Of a stretch of DNA of 64,000 bases, positions 12,940 to 27,904 are shown piece after piece. The stretch's first letter is position 1, and every line of letters starts with the position of its first letter. The translations under genes and the position numbers were made by a program. The notes beneath the pieces were generated by a model. The model worked only from the letters and a program-made list of their open reading frames with translations, did not search any database and was not told the origin of the DNA. The DNA is taken from NCBI RefSeq assembly GCF_006345805.1, contig NC_043008.1, forward strand, positions 12,400,001-12,464,000, read 5' to 3'. Source of the stretch: Octopus sinensis (taxonomy: Eukaryota).

Positions 12940-13745
12940 AAACAAAACAAAACAAAACAACAACAACAACAACAAAACAAAAACAATCCCAGAAAATGCA
13001 TCAACCAAAGCAGAAAACTTAAGGAAAAACGAATTAGCAAATATGCATGTGCTATCATCATCATCATCGCCATCATCATCACTGCCACCACCACCATCAT
13101 CAGCAGCAGCATTATTGTCACCACACCCCACCACCATCACAGTCATCACCACCACCATCACCACCACCACCACCTCCATCACCACCAGTGCTGCCACTGT
13201 CACTGATGCAACCACTGCCACCATCAGCACCACCATCACCATCCTCCCTACCACTATCATTATCATCATCATCATCATGATCACCATCATTGTAATTATA
13301 ATCATCGTCATCATCATTACCATCATCATAATCATCACCACCACCACCACCACCATCATCCCTGCTACTATCATCATAACCATCCTCCTCATCAGCATCA
13401 ACGTAATTATCATCACTGTCGTCATCATCATTATCATCATCATCATCATCGGCATTAGCATCAGCATCAGCAGCATTATCATCCTCATCATCAGCATCAT
13501 TATCATCATCAGCAACAGCAGCATCATTACCATCATCATCATCATTATCTTCAACATCACCACCACCACTATCATCATCATTATCAATATCATCATCATC
13601 ATTTTTGTCTTCGTCATCATTATCATCATCACCGTCATCATCATCATCATCATCATTAAAAACACCATCATCATCTTCATCGTCATCACCACCACCACCA
13701 CCACCACCACCACTACCACCACCACCGTCATCATCATCATATTTT
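12940..13745. repeat. (CAA)n/(CAT)n/(CAC)n microsatellite field
   Basis: Direct reading; source of the 285/281-aa low-complexity ORFs. Confidence 0.95.
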
Positions 13746-13914
13746 AGCATGGATTTTGTTTTTTTACATTACTGAATATTATTCACATTCCCTCCACTTT
13801 GTGGCATCGCTGTAATTCATTACCGTTTCTGTCTAATTACTTCCAGAATGGCATTCAATCTAATGCCATAATTAAAAGAACAGAATCAGAATCTTTTAAA
13901 GAATATACTTGTGT

Positions 13915-14180
13915 GGGACTTTGGTTGTGTGGTAAGAAGCTCGTTTCTCAACCACATAGTTCTGGGTTCTGTCCCACCATGTGACACCTTGTACTATAAT
14001 CTCGTTGGCCAAAACCTTGTGAATGGATTTGGTTGATGGAAACTGAAAGAAGCTCGTTGTATATATATATATATATAGCTTGCTTACGAACCACATGGTT
14101 CCGGGTTCAGTCTCACTGCGTGGAAACTTGGGCAAGTGTCTTCTGCTATGGCCTTGGGCCGACCAAAGCCTTGTGAGTGG
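13915..14180 (+). mobile_element. Two tandem 5' halves of SINE family A
   Basis: Head/CORE-like segments at about 13915-14070 and 14078-14180. Confidence 0.8.
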
Positions 14181-14265
14181 ATGGTGATGGAGGTGGTGGT
14201 GGTGGTGGTGGTGGTGATGATGGTGGTGGTGCTGGTGGCGGTGGTAGTGGTAGTGGTGGTGGTGG

Positions 14266-14296
<31 letters not shown>

Positions 14297-14371
14297 AGTG
14301 GTGGTGGTGGTGATGATGATGATGGTGGTGCTGGTGGTGGTGGTGGTGGTGGTGGTGGTGCTGTTGATGGC

Positions 14372-14416
<45 letters not shown>

Positions 14417-14425
14417 GATGGTGAT
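14181..14425. repeat. (GGT)n/(GAT)n microsatellite
   Basis: Direct reading. Confidence 0.95.
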
Positions 14426-15109
14426 AAAGTGGGCATATATAGTAGTGAAGACAGAAAGTTAGACCTGTTGAGAAGAAGGAAAATAAAATCAATGTCATAA
14501 TTAAAAACAGCAACAGTGTTTAAATTTCCACATTTCAATTCTTGACGAGTTAGCTTCTTCATCTCATTGAAATTAATTATAAAGGTTTTATATGTCTGAT
14601 AATGTTTGCATTTGAACAATGGAAACTGCTGCAGAATATAATAACGACATTATGACATTTTGAAATATCTTTCAAACCTTTGTTTTCTGTTCTAGATATT
14701 TTTAGAACATTTGTTCCAACCAATTTTGACATTGACCAAACTCACGATTGTCGTGGATATTACATTGAAGAATGAGATATTGAGGTTTAATGACTTGATA
14801 AACAACTGAGCAATTGATTTCTGTGGATATATTTTTATAGCGTCTAAACACTGATTATTATGTACGCAAGTTGTTATTACTCATTGCTTCGCAGTTGGTG
14901 GAAATATTTGTTGATCATATCCATACCTTTCGTAAATTGTTCAAAGCGAAAAGTCTTCTTTTAAAGTCTGTGTTTTGTTGTCTATGTGTTGAAAGACATA
15001 TCGAAAGACACAGAGACACACTCACACATACAGACACAGACACACACATGCATACACACATGAACACACACCACATATGAACAAACAACCAGTGTGAAAG
15101 TAACTGTAT

Positions 15110-15144
<35 letters not shown>

Positions 15145-15734
15145 ATGTAGGTATGTGTATTTATATATATATATATATATATATATGTACATAGGCATGT
15201 ATGTATATATGTATGTGTATTTATATTTATATATATATATATATATATTTATATGCATATATGTATGTATGTATGAGTCTAGATAGATAGATAGATACAG
15301 ATACACACACACACATACACACACATATAGATATAGATATATATGCATACATATAGCCTTTGAAGTCTGTGCTATGATGTGCTGACAGACATGCACTTAA
15401 AATTCCCACGTTTTTAATCAAAATTTGTTAGTTGCTAAGGTGACAACACTACCTATTAATCTCTCTTTCATACTCTCTCTCTCTCTCTCTCTCTCTGACA
15501 GTATTTCTCTCTCAATACCAGTTTTTCTCCTCCCCTTCTTCTTTCTCTCTACATAAATGTTGTCATGGATAGACAGATAGACATAGATCAGCTTCTCTTT
15601 TATTATAAAAGATGTGTATGTGTGTTTATGCGTGTGTGTGAGTAATTATTAGATTAGCACGTGCTATCCAGCCACCTCTATTTCCAAATACTGTTCTAGA
15701 AAATATTTGTTCGAAGATGCAGTTCAATGGGGGG

Positions 15735-15880
15735 TGGGCAGGTGTGGCTGTGTGGTAAGAAGTTTGCTTCCCATCCACATGGTTCCAGGTTCAGTCTCAC
15801 TGTACGGTACTTTGGGCAAATGTCTTCTACTCTATGCTGAGGTCTACCAAACCTTTGTGGATTTCCTGCACAGACCTTCA
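15735..15880 (+). mobile_element. SINE family A, 5' half
   Basis: ggcaggtgtggctgtgtggtaag...ttgggcaaatgtcttctac. Confidence 0.85.
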
Positions 15881-16038
15881 AAAGAGTGGACGTGTTTTTT
15901 ATTTTCTTTTTTTCATGTTTCTATCTTTTCTCTCTACAACGAAAATATTTCTCCCAGTGTTCACTATTTTCCTCTCATTCTGGTCTAAATACCCTCCATG
16001 GTTGTTTTTGTTTGGTTCCCTTGTATGTCTCCACTGTA

Positions 16039-16284
16039 TGTTCCTTCTCAAGTCATGCCAGGCTCATAAGGGCCGGCTTTCTGGTTTCAGGGTCGTAGAA
16101 ATTCCCCACCTGGACGGGACGCCAGTCCGTCACAGGATTACTCATTTTTGCCAGCTGAGTGGACTGGAGCATCATGAAATGAAGTGTTTTGCTCAAGAAC
16201 ACAATGCATCGTCCGGTCCAGGAATCGAAACTACAACCTTACGATCATGAGTTCAACACCCTAATCACTAAGCCACGTGCCTCC

Positions 16285-16285
<1 letters not shown>
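16039..16285 (-). mobile_element. SINE with family E head/body and tail 2
   Basis: Reverse complement: ggaggcacgtggcttagtg...gtttcgattcc...ccagtccactcagctggcaaaaatgagtaatcctgtgacggactggcgtcccgtccaggtggggaa...ccggcccttatgagcc. Confidence 0.85.
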
Positions 16286-16343
<58 letters not shown>

Positions 16344-16703
16344 GTGTGTGTGTGTACTTACATATAAGAGAACAAAGTGTACGTATACCGCTATATATAT
16401 ATATATATATATATAAAATACAAAATGGGACAAGAACGCAAAACATCCGGACAATTAGGTGATACAAAAAAACAAGGACGGGTATTCTAAGATTTCTTTC
16501 CTCGGTCAAAAACCAGATCATCCTCACAATTTCGTATGTATGTATGTATATAATGGATCTTGTCCGCCTTTTGCCATCTGCACTAGCTGTGTACATGCTT
16601 GAAGCTTAATACTTCCTAAACTTGGATCCCAGGGTCATACTTACCTACTACGATTTGCTTCCACCTATTGTCTGCATCTACACACACACACACACATATA
16701 TTA

Positions 16704-16734
<31 letters not shown>

Positions 16735-17049
16735 ATACCTATGCATGCATGTATGTATGTATGTGTTTACATCTTCATACACGTGTGTGTGCTTGTGTAC
16801 ACTCATTCCATAGATGCATAAATACACAAACGTGTTTGCGTGTTTATCATCAGCAGACTACATGCAGACAGGCTGCCTTGTTAGGACTAATTAGTGCATT
16901 TCACTGATGTTGCTTCGTTATATTTCTTAAACACATCATTAGTAGTTTATTCAACTAAAACAATTCCCAAAATCAACTGCTTCTGTCCAACTGTATAAAT
17001 TATATACGGCTTCAAGAATTTGCTCATCAGAGTGTTCGTTTCATAAATG

Positions 17050-17068
17050 TCCAAAACATACACACACA

Positions 17069-17112
<44 letters not shown>

Positions 17113-17284
17113 GACACATACACACACACACACAAGCACATACACACACACACAAGCATACATATGTAAAAGTATAAAAACATATGTAAATAAATGTATA
17201 TTTATATATGTATGTGTATGTGCATATATATATACATGTATATATATGCATATGTATACATATGCATATATATATATGTGTGTG

Positions 17285-17326
<42 letters not shown>

Positions 17327-17540
17327 TGCATATGTATATATATACATATATATATTCATATACGTATGTGTGTATACTTATGTGTACATATCTATATAAA
17401 TATATATGCATATATATGTGTGTGTATATATATATGTATGTGTGTATTTATATACATATGTAAATACATATGTCCACACATATGTCCATAACGTATATAC
17501 ATACATATATGAATGCACATGTGTATATGTACATACATAC
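17050..17540. repeat. (CA)n/(TA)n compound microsatellite
   Basis: Direct reading. Confidence 0.95.
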
Positions 17541-17974
17541 GTAAACGGATCTCAGTCTGTTTCTATGAGGAGTATTCTGTGATTCAATCAATAGGACTAC
17601 ATACTCACTGGAATAACCATTGTATGTATGGGTGAGTATTCCACAGATATGCATACTCTCAATATATTCTTTTGTCAAAGTCACCTTTGAGAATTTGTGA
17701 AGGATATATTTTTTAATAACAAATCCAACCCAGTGTAAAGGCTGCCTTACATTCTCCATCTACCCCCACTTGCCCTTAGTTGTATGCAATGTGATTAAAC
17801 TTTGTTTTGATTCAGCCTTGCTCCATCATCGCTGCCCATGTGGTGATGTTTAGTCTAAAATGTTCAAGTGTAAGGAGTGTGCTTTGCACATGTAATTATG
17901 CATGCAGGGAGGAGTTTAGCTAACTTGAAGGAATCTCAGAATGAGTAGAAAATATTTTAAACTCTTAACCAGGA

Positions 17975-18240
17975 CTATCATCATCATCGTCATCATTTAT
18001 CATCATCATCATCATTGCCACCACTGCCACCACCACCACCACCAACAACAACAATAACAATACACCACCACCACCACCACCACCATCTTTATCGTCATCT
18101 TTGCCACATCTCATCATCATCATCGTCGTTGTCGTCGCCATCACTACTACCACCACCACCACAATCACCGCCACCACCATCATCATCATCATCTTCATCA
18201 TTGCCACACCCCATCATCATCATTATCATCATCATCAGTA
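17975..18240. repeat. (CAT)n/(CAC)n microsatellite
   Basis: Direct reading. Confidence 0.9.
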
Positions 18241-19006
18241 ACCACAGTAAACTTTACCATCATTAAAGCCACATTAAGTGAGAGAAGTACCACCGTTACC
18301 ACCACCCATACCACCAACAATATAACCACTCAATATTGCCATCATCACACACACACACACACACGCTGCAGATCTGGTGGGAAGGAACTGTCAATTAAAT
18401 CCCCTTCAAAACTTGACTAGTTGTCATTGATATTTTCCTTTGCTTTTTTAAAACGGTTTTCATTGGAGGAACCCTTCGAGATTATTCCGATTCCTGCACT
18501 TGAATGGTCAGCTTCAAAAACTATTGATCAATACTTGTGAGACTTTTTATGAGTAGGAAGGGATTTCTAGAGCATTGATGTCTTGGGAGAAAAAGGCCCA
18601 TCATAAAGGGATTAATGGAACATCTAATGGTGCTGTGACAAGTTTAAATATTGCAATGATTGAAGTGGCTGTTGTTCGCTTCTGATTTAAGATGTCAAAT
18701 TATTTCGGGTTTCTGTTATTTTTTATGTTCGTATGATTCCATCATCATCATCATTTTAATGTCCACTTTCTCATGTTTGTGTGGTTCGGAATTTATAGGT
18801 GAGGTGTTCATCTTTGTCACTGACCCTTGTCTGTTTCCAAGCGAGGTAATATTTCCCCCATCACCAGGCGCGTTTCTATAGAATTTTTGGAAATGATTGA
18901 CATCTCTTTTTTATGACGGTGACATTCATTTAAAGCTGTCATGCAGTGTCAAGACAAAGTGACATAAACATACACACACACTCACATACATACATACATA
19001 CATACA

Positions 19007-19037
<31 letters not shown>

Positions 19038-19041
19038 CTAT

Positions 19042-19076
<35 letters not shown>

Positions 19077-19152
19077 ATATGAGGACATATTATTCCAAAC
19101 TTACAGGGAAAAATTCAATTTAGAAATACTAAATCAAATTTCACAAAATATG

Positions 19153-19185
<33 letters not shown>

Positions 19186-19994
19186 AATTAGAAAAATATA
19201 ATGTAATTTTTCATTATTGAATTGATAAAAGGTATTATTTTATATATATAAAAAAAATCAAAAATAAAGAAGAGGATATCAAGTAGTAATGCAGTATGAC
19301 CGTTTCAAGCAGCTAAGTACCTAATTCAACTGAATCTCAATTATATCTTTATATATATATATATATACGCACACATGTATATACATATATATGATGAAAT
19401 TTTATTTAAAAATAAGAAAACTCTAATATCATGACAAATTGTTTCATAACTAAAAGGCATGTAAATAATTTATAGTTTATAGTTTATAAAAACTAAATGT
19501 TTTTAACAGGTTTTTAAAAGGTTCTTTCATTCAGAACTTCTAATTCAAATACTTTTCCCAAATTTACTTGTTTTAAAGAAGAACTGATTCTATAGAATTT
19601 ATCGATGCCATAAATTCAATGATGCAAAGTGATTACGAGCTTCTTAGACAAATGGTGAACCTTTTATATTCTTTACAGTATTTTCATGACTGTATGGATG
19701 CATTATTCTCAAAATAGCTTCTTGCATCTATCTCTTGTTTATTCCCTGTAAATGGTGCTTCCACGGTTAAAGCTTAAATGAGATCTTTAAGAAAGGCAAT
19801 ACATAAAAACCTACCAGGATAAAAATTAAATGACAGTAAACATTTGTTGTTTTGTTTTTCCAGTGTGTGATTTGTGAAAATAGGTGTGTGATTTTTATTT
19901 TTAGGATTTTTTAGAAATGTATCCATCGTTTGTTCTTTTGTAGAAGATTTTGTGTTTAGCACTAAAAGCAACGGGGACTAAAGGGTTTGAAAAC

Positions 19995-21150
19995 TCATGG
20001 TTGTGTGGTTAAGAAGTTTTCCTTGCAGCTGTGTGGTTTTAGGTTCAGTCTTACTGTACAGGACCTTGGGCAAGTGTCTTTTATTATAGCATCAAGCTGA
20101 CAAGTACTTTGTGAGTGAACTTAGTAGACAAACTTTGTGAATGCCTATCATGTGTATATGTATGTATGTATGTGTGTATGTATGTATGTATGTGTGTATA
20201 TGTGTATATATGTATGTGAGTGTGTGTGTACGTATATGTTTATATATATATATATGGCTGTGTGGTAAGTAGCTTGCTTACCAGCCACATGGTTCTGAGT
20301 TCAGTCCCACTGCATGGCACTTGGGCAAGTGTCTTTTATATAGCATCAAGCTGACAAGTACTTGTGAGTGAACTTAGTAGACAAACTTTGTGAATGCCTA
20401 TCATGTGTATATGTATGTATGTATGTGTGTATGTATGTATGTATGTGTGTATATGTGTATATATGTATGTGAGTGTGTGTGTACGTATATGTTTATATAT
20501 ATATGGCTGTGTGGTAAGTAGCTTGCTTACCAGCCACATGGTTCTGAGTTCAGTCCCACTGCATGGCACCTTGGGCAAGTGTCTTTTATTATAGCATCAA
20601 GCTGACAAGTACTTTGTGAGTGAACTTAGTAGACAAACTTTGTGAATGCCTATCATGTGTATATGTATGTATGTATGTGTGTATGTATGTATGTATGTGT
20701 GTATATGTGTATATATGTATGTGAGTGTGTGTGTACGTATATGTTTATATATATATATGGCTGTGTGGTAAGTAGCTTGCTTACCAGCCACATGGTTCTG
20801 AGTTCAGTCCCACTGCATGGCACCTTGGGCAAGTGTCTTCTACTATACTCTTGGGCTGACCAATGCCTTATGAGTGGATTTGGTAGACAGCAGCTGAAAG
20901 AAGCCCATCATACATATATATATGTGTGTGTGTATGTTTGTGTGTTTGTATTTGCCCCCCCCCCAACATCACTTGACAACCAATGCTGGTGTCTTTACGC
21001 CCCCCATAACTTAGTGGTTCAGCAAAAAAGACCGCTAGAATAAGTAGTAGGCTTACAAAGAATAAGTGCTGGGGTCGATTTGTTCAACTAAAGGCAGTGC
21101 TCCAGCATGGCCGCAGTCAAATGACTGAAACAAGTAAAAGAATGAAAGAA
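19995..21150 (+). mobile_element. SINE family A cluster with three ~253-bp tandem chimeric units
   Basis: ttgggcaagtgtctt recurs at about 20066, 20321, 20571 and 20825; the units are near-identical. Confidence 0.9.
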
Positions 21151-21319
21151 TAAAAGAATATATATCTACACACCACACACACACACACACACACAGATCT
21201 ACATGCTGTGTGAGTGTTCGTTCCATCACACCACTTACCAGCTGCTCTTGATCTGCTTAAGTCTCTGTAACTTAGCAGTTCACCAAACGAAGTCAGACAG
21301 AATAACTGACAAACATCAT

Positions 21320-21540
21320 CATCATCATCATCATCATTTGACGTCATCTTTCCATGCTGGTATGGGTTGGACAGTTTGACTGGGGACTGGCAAGCCAGGA
21401 GGCCGCATCAGGCTCCAGTCTGATCTGGCTATGTTTCTACTGCTTGATGCCCTTCCTAATGCCAGACACTCCGAGAGTGTAGTGGGTGCTTTTTACACAC
21501 TACCAGCACAGAAGCCAGTTGGAGTGGTGGCTGGCATCGC
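21320..21540 (-). mobile_element. Family D copy
   Basis: (CAT)n + ttccatgctggtatgggttggac...cccttcctaatgcc. Confidence 0.85.
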
Positions 21541-23654
21541 AAAAAACTTTAAAAATAAAAAAAAAATTCAAAAATAAAATAAATACTGGAGTTGACTTGT
21601 TTTACTAAATCTTAAAAGGTGGTGGTCCAGCATGGCTGCAGTCCAATGATTGAAACATGCAAAATTAAAGAACAAAAACAAGAAGAAAATTGATAAAAAA
21701 AAAAGCAGATAATCTTTTCAGTTCAGAAATTCAGTCATAATTTTGTAACGAACCATCCAAAAACAAAAACAAAAAGGGGTGGAGTGGGGTGGGGTGGGGG
21801 TGGGGATAAATAGGGTCTCATGCATTGAATCCATTCATTGATCTTCAGTCTTTATTCTTCGGTTTAACAATAGAGAAGGTTAAGGAATTACATAATTACC
21901 TTTGAATTCATATTGAAATGCTTAATTAATTAGACAGTGTATAAAGAGGCTGAAAAGTCAAGAGAAGACAAATACAAGACAATCTGAAGAAATGGTAAAA
22001 TAAGAAGAAATGTTATTATTTAAGGGTTAAAGGTGTTTGGTGAGTGTGTGTGTGTGTGTGTGTGGTGGTGGGGAGGAATGAATGTGTTATATTGAAGGTG
22101 AGTGAAGGTGAGTGAAGGTGGAGTACCGACCGGTGTTTTTTGATAGATATTTTTAGATGTTATTTGTTTGTTTTGAATACTGTGCTTTTGTTGTAGATTA
22201 TCTGAAATTTTCTCTCTCTACTTTCACTTTCGTTTTCTCCCATTGTTCTGAAGGTTTCAACTGCTTTCATCTGATTTTCTTTTCTTTCTTCTTCTTCTTC
22301 TTCTATCTCTACACCTTCGTTTTGTTCAGTTCATATAAACACTTGGCCACATGCACACACACATATACAAACACACACACACACACACGTATATAGTAAA
22401 GAAGTAATAAGCAGATACATACATGTACTCACACTGATATTTATGTATGTATGTATGTATGAGTATCTGTGTGTTAATCATCGTCATTTAACGTCCGTTT
22501 TCGATGCACATTCTTACATACATTGAAGAACACACAGATGATACACACACATAAATTTTATTGATTTATTTCCACACAGAAAATAAAAGAGAAAGCAATA
22601 GAGAAAGGCTTATCTGACATTATCCAATAAAGGTGATTCTTTGATTCTTTTGAAAAGTACTTGTACAGAAAAGACTTATATGGGATTATTGTGGTGTCTT
22701 CTTTTGTCTCTTCTGAAGTTTGCTTTTATTAGTCGTCTCACCTTAATACCAGAAAGCTTTCTTTTGACTGATTCTAAAACCGTTTGCCCCTAAACTGTTC
22801 TCTTGGGAAAACAAACTAAGGAAATTGGTGTTTTCCTCACACAAAAGAAATGTAAAGATTTCTTTGTAGTTTTTATGTAAAGTATATCTGAAGTCTTCGT
22901 GACATTTAAACATTAAAACATTGAAAAGGCACAAAGCAACAGACTCATCTCCAACGTACGAGAGAGCAGACACATGATCTTGAAACACTGATGTAAATTA
23001 TTGATTTATTGATGACATTGAGATATTAATATAATTTTCCCTTTTCTTATTCTTAAATGTTTAAACAGCCCAAGTTTGATATGACACATCTGATGATAAA
23101 TGTTTTCTAAAGCCATAGAATTCATACCGATACTCTTACAGGGAAACCATTACATATTGTTAATGTATATTGTATATTGTGTTCTTCATAAGGTAACAGG
23201 ACTATTTTATAAACTATCCAATGCTACTTTCACTTTCAGGAATGTGGCCACTCTCAGACCATAAATCATTGTTTTATCGTTGTTGGTGATGCAAAGTACA
23301 TTGTAATTGTCCATTGTTACTCCTAATGTCAAGAGGATGTCCACTATCGTATTATAAATTATTTTGTATTATACAGCTGTTGGTGAGAGGAATAAATTAG
23401 AATTCTTCACTGCAGCACATTCTGACAGAATTACTGCCAGTACAATACCGATACCATAATTCTGCATTGTTGGTTCCAGTATTATTCTATAAATTCTCCA
23501 ATGTCACCCTCATTATTGTATGATATATTTAGTATCGGACTAAATGTTTAGTGATGTTTAATTGCATCCTTGTCCTTATATAGTTTGAAATCCAGTTAAG
23601 TGGACTTTGCTTTTCACCCTTCTGGTCACCATCTTCGGCATCAGTATTTAAAAC

Positions 23655-24010
23655 CCCTTTTCCTAGGCTAGCTCGGGTTGCATGGGTTTGACAGGAACTG
23701 ATACACCAGAGAGCTGTGCTGAACTACAGTGCCTGCTTTGGCATGGTTTCTCTGCCTTGATGCCCTTTTTGGTGCCAACCACTTTACAGAGTGTAATGGG
23801 TGCTTTTTTTTGTTTTTGTGACACCAGTACTTAATGAGGTTGCCAAGAATTCACAAGACAAGCCCCCCTCCCTCCGCCTCAAGGATTTGTTTTCTATTCT
23901 CTCTGCGGCACATCTTTCACACAGTTACAGCTTTACTTTCTCATCCGTTTGTCCATTCATTTACAGCGATCATATAATGTCAAGACAAGGAGACACAAAC
24001 ACACATGTAC
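23655..24010 (-). mobile_element. Degraded family D variant
   Basis: gggttgcatgggtttgac...tgccaaccactttacagagtgtaatgggtgc; ends in caagacaagg + (CA)n like 4030. Confidence 0.6.
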
Positions 24011-24470
24011 ACACACACACACAACACACACACACACACACAACACACACACACACACAGAGGCATATGTACGATGAGCTTTCAGTATCTGTTTAGCAAA
24101 TCCATTGGCAATGCAATGGGACTGAACTTAAAAAGATGTATTTGGGAACCCCACTTCTTAACCACAGACTCATAACTGCCTAGTCATGCCGTAGATATAT
24201 TAAACAATTGATTTATTAAATAATTTATTAAATAATGTTTCCTCATTTCGGTACATGACCTGCAATTTCGAAGAGGAGAATGGTCAGTGCTATCGACCAC
24301 CTCAACCTCTTGAATGTTATTTCATTTTATTGTACCTAGAAAAATAAAAGAGAAGTCGATCATGGTAGGATTTGAACTCAGAGTGAACAGAGCAGGAACA
24401 AATTACATCAAGGTATTTTTCTAATGCTCCAATGATTCTGCCAATTTACTAGTCTTTGACTGGTCAAATC

Positions 24471-24830
24471 GTGGTACTCCATCAGTTACAATGATGAGAG
24501 TTCCAGTTGATCTGATCAATGGAACAGCCTGCTCATGAAATTAACGTGCAAGTGGCTGAGGACTCCACAGATACGTGTACCCTTAATGTAGTTCTTGTGG
24601 AGATTCAGTGTGACAAGGCTGGCCCTTTGAAATACAGGTACAACAGAAACAGGAAGAAAGAGTGAGAGAAAGGTATAGTGAAAGAGTACAGCAGGGTTCG
24701 CCATCATCCCCAGCTGGAGTTTCGTGGAGCTTTAGGTGTTTTCACTCAATAAACACTCACAACACCCGGTCTGGGAATTGAAACTGCGATCCCACGATTG
24801 TGAGTCTGCAGCCCTAACCATTGGGCCATA
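24471..24830 (-). mobile_element. SINE family F (body 2, tail 1)
   Basis: Collinear with 8500-8878. Confidence 0.85.
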
Positions 24831-26032
24831 ATCAAAGAATCTCTTACAGTAAAGTTGATGTTGATGACAGCAATAATCTCTTCTTTTATCTTCATCATCA
24901 GAAAAATCTTCAAGTGTTTCCTTCACCATTCCTAAACTAATACCAACTCCTGCATAGTAACGGAGGTGGCTGCTTTTTACAGAGATGCATAGAAAGTGAT
25001 ATGTATGTTGTGATGTATGCTGTCTGGGAATATGCAATATGCATGGCTCATGCCACCAACAAGTCAGATACTTTCATTTAGGTTAATAATATCATAATTA
25101 TTATTTACTTGTCATTTTATAATTACTGATATCACACAATTTCTATAATCATTGCTAACATTATTTATTATATCATAAAATCTCTGGTTTATCAATAGCT
25201 GCTTTGTAAGATATTTTCCTGGTAATGTTATTACTGTATTCATGCTTAGCACATTTTATGTTGCTCAACCGATCCCGATCAGTTTTTTCCAACAAGTATT
25301 CGGATCAATATCAATAATGAGAAATAATCCACCATTCCTGAGTTGCTATATTAAATAACTCTTGGATCAAAACAAGGACATAATCCTGGATAAAATATAA
25401 TCCAGTATTGAAATATTTATATTTTCTACTTAGCTCGAATTGTGGATGTGTGGTTAGCTTGCTCTCCAGCTATGTGGTCTTCAGTTCAGTGCCATTGCGT
25501 GGCACCTTGGGCAAGTGTCTCTTACTATGGCTCGACTATGCTTCTACAAAGTAAACCTCCCACACACACACAACTATGTACACACATACACACACACACA
25601 TATCAGCATCATCATCATCATCATCATCATCATCGTTTAACGTCTGTTTTCAATGCTAGCATGGGTTGGACGATTTGACTTTTCGAGCCTACGCTCTTGC
25701 ACAGAAAGGAACACAGAAAGAAATAAGGAGAGAAAATAAAGAATGTGTAGTGGCTAGCGATCTAGATAGATTGATAGATAGAAAGGTAGATATACATACG
25801 TACGTACATACATATATATATATTTATATATATATATAGATATATATATATATGTATATGTATATACATATACACAGCACACACTCTCTCTCACACACAA
25901 GCTTTCTGTTGATTCAAAGTTATGGCCATTCTGTAAAGTGGGATTGAATTCAGAGTGATGTGATTGCAAAACAAACTTCTCAACTTTACAGCTACATGTG
26001 CATTTAAAATATATACATATATATATACATAC

Positions 26033-26112
<80 letters not shown>

Positions 26113-26589
26113 ACCACACCCACACACTTGCACAAACTCCTAAAAATATATACATTATACGTAAACATATAACTTTACATAAACATACATTTACAAGGGA
26201 ATTTTCATATGTTCTTATGAATAACACAATTTTTTTTTTTTGAAGTATCAGTTTTCTGTAAGCCACATAGAAAATGAGCCATGGGTAGGCATTTCCTTGT
26301 GATTGAGGGTACATGTATGAGATTTTACATGTGTTCCTTTGTGCGAGTGTATGCTTCTTTGTAGGAGGCATGTACCGATGTGTGCTTTTGTGTGTGTGTG
26401 TGTGTGTTGTATTCATATCCGTGTATATACACACCGCGTATACACGCTCGCAATCTTCCCTAGTTCAGGATCTATATTTTTATAGCTTTCTTTGTATTTG
26501 ATGTACAGCAATATAAAATTGTGTAAGTTAAAATGGCGTTTTATGATGATCCGAGATTCCACAACTAACACACATCATACTCTGCTTGT

Positions 26590-26798
26590 CCATACACTAA
26601 TCTGATCCATACGTATATATGTGTTTATATATGTATGTGTATTCATATCTATATGTGTTTATATATATATATATATGTGCGTGTATATATATATACATAT
26701 ATATGTATATGCATACATATATATGTATGTATATACATATATATGTATATATATGCATATATATATATATGCATATATATATATGTATATATATATAA

Positions 26799-26846
<48 letters not shown>

Positions 26847-26850
26847 TATA

Positions 26851-26881
<31 letters not shown>

Positions 26882-26958
26882 GTACATATATATATGCATA
26901 TATATACATATATATGTATATACATACATACATAAATATATATGTGTGTGTGTGTATA

Positions 26959-27008
<50 letters not shown>

Positions 27009-27150
27009 CATACATCTATATATACATTTATATAGATACAAACACATACATATATATATATATGTGTGTGTATTTATGTATGCATGTTTGTGTGTGTACA
27101 TACACATGTTTGTATATATATGCCTCTGTGTGTGTGTGCGTGTATGTGTT
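26590..27150. repeat. (TA)n/(TG)n compound microsatellite
   Basis: Direct reading. Confidence 0.95.
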
Positions 27151-27904
27151 ATCTGAAGTTATTTTATCAGTCATGACAGATATGAATATGGGCGGCATAT
27201 ACCAAACAAGCTCGTCTCTCTATGGAACTTTCTAGAATCTGAAGAGAAATTATTCAGAATGTAGTTCCCTGTAATTCATTTTTACTTTATGAATGATTTT
27301 TCACCAGAACATGCATTATTCATCATTCTTTTCATATTCCATCTCAGAAAAACCAGTTGTGCTTATTGTTTGACTCAATTTTTTTTGTATTTTTTTGGGG
27401 GGGTTTTTTGCTGGTTTTTTTTTGTGATTTAGCCAAATCTGTCAGGTTTTTGGTAATATTGATTTTTATCTAAGAGCCAGTTCTGTATCTTTTTTTTCCT
27501 ATTTATTAGTATTGTTTTTAAGGCATAGGGATATCGTGTATTGATTTGACTCTGCTACCTATTACATTTTTTAAGAATTTTGTTTAGAATATTTGCCCAT
27601 GAGATGAAATAAAATGCCTCCTGTGAAGGTACAGCCTCGGTACAATGAAGCATTGAACATGTGTTATATAATATTGTAATATATTCCATTTATAAAAATT
27701 CCAGGATCATACATGGTAATTGTTCCTGGTGAAATGAGATGGAGCAGGCGAGATATTGTAAAATAACCTAGCTTTGTATTTTATATTCTGCCATGGGTTA
27801 CGCTTGAAATCTGAAGTGTTGTTTTGATTGTGTTACTAAACTGATCATGTAGTCAACATGAGACAAACTCATGTACGTTTTTTATACCAACCAATGGTCA
27901 TGGA

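Noticed and set aside
16645-16677. 33-nt minus segment ending TAG|GTAAGT (DADNRWKQIVVG); similar tiny candidates near 8103-8150, 50331 and 57252
   Set aside because: Donors are good but acceptors are poor; not distinguishable from chance without RNA data.
22741-22990. 81-aa minus ORF and a possible 48-nt exon (GQTVLESVKRKLSGIK, AAG|GTGAGA donor)
   Set aside because: No recognisable homology, competing AGs upstream of the acceptor, and opposite strand to the best microexon; expected by chance in 64 kb.
24845-24990. Minus frame SSHLRYYAGVGISLGMVKETLEDFSDDEDKRRDYCC
   Set aside because: Weak splice signals, no recognised family, and the ORF runs into a SINE.
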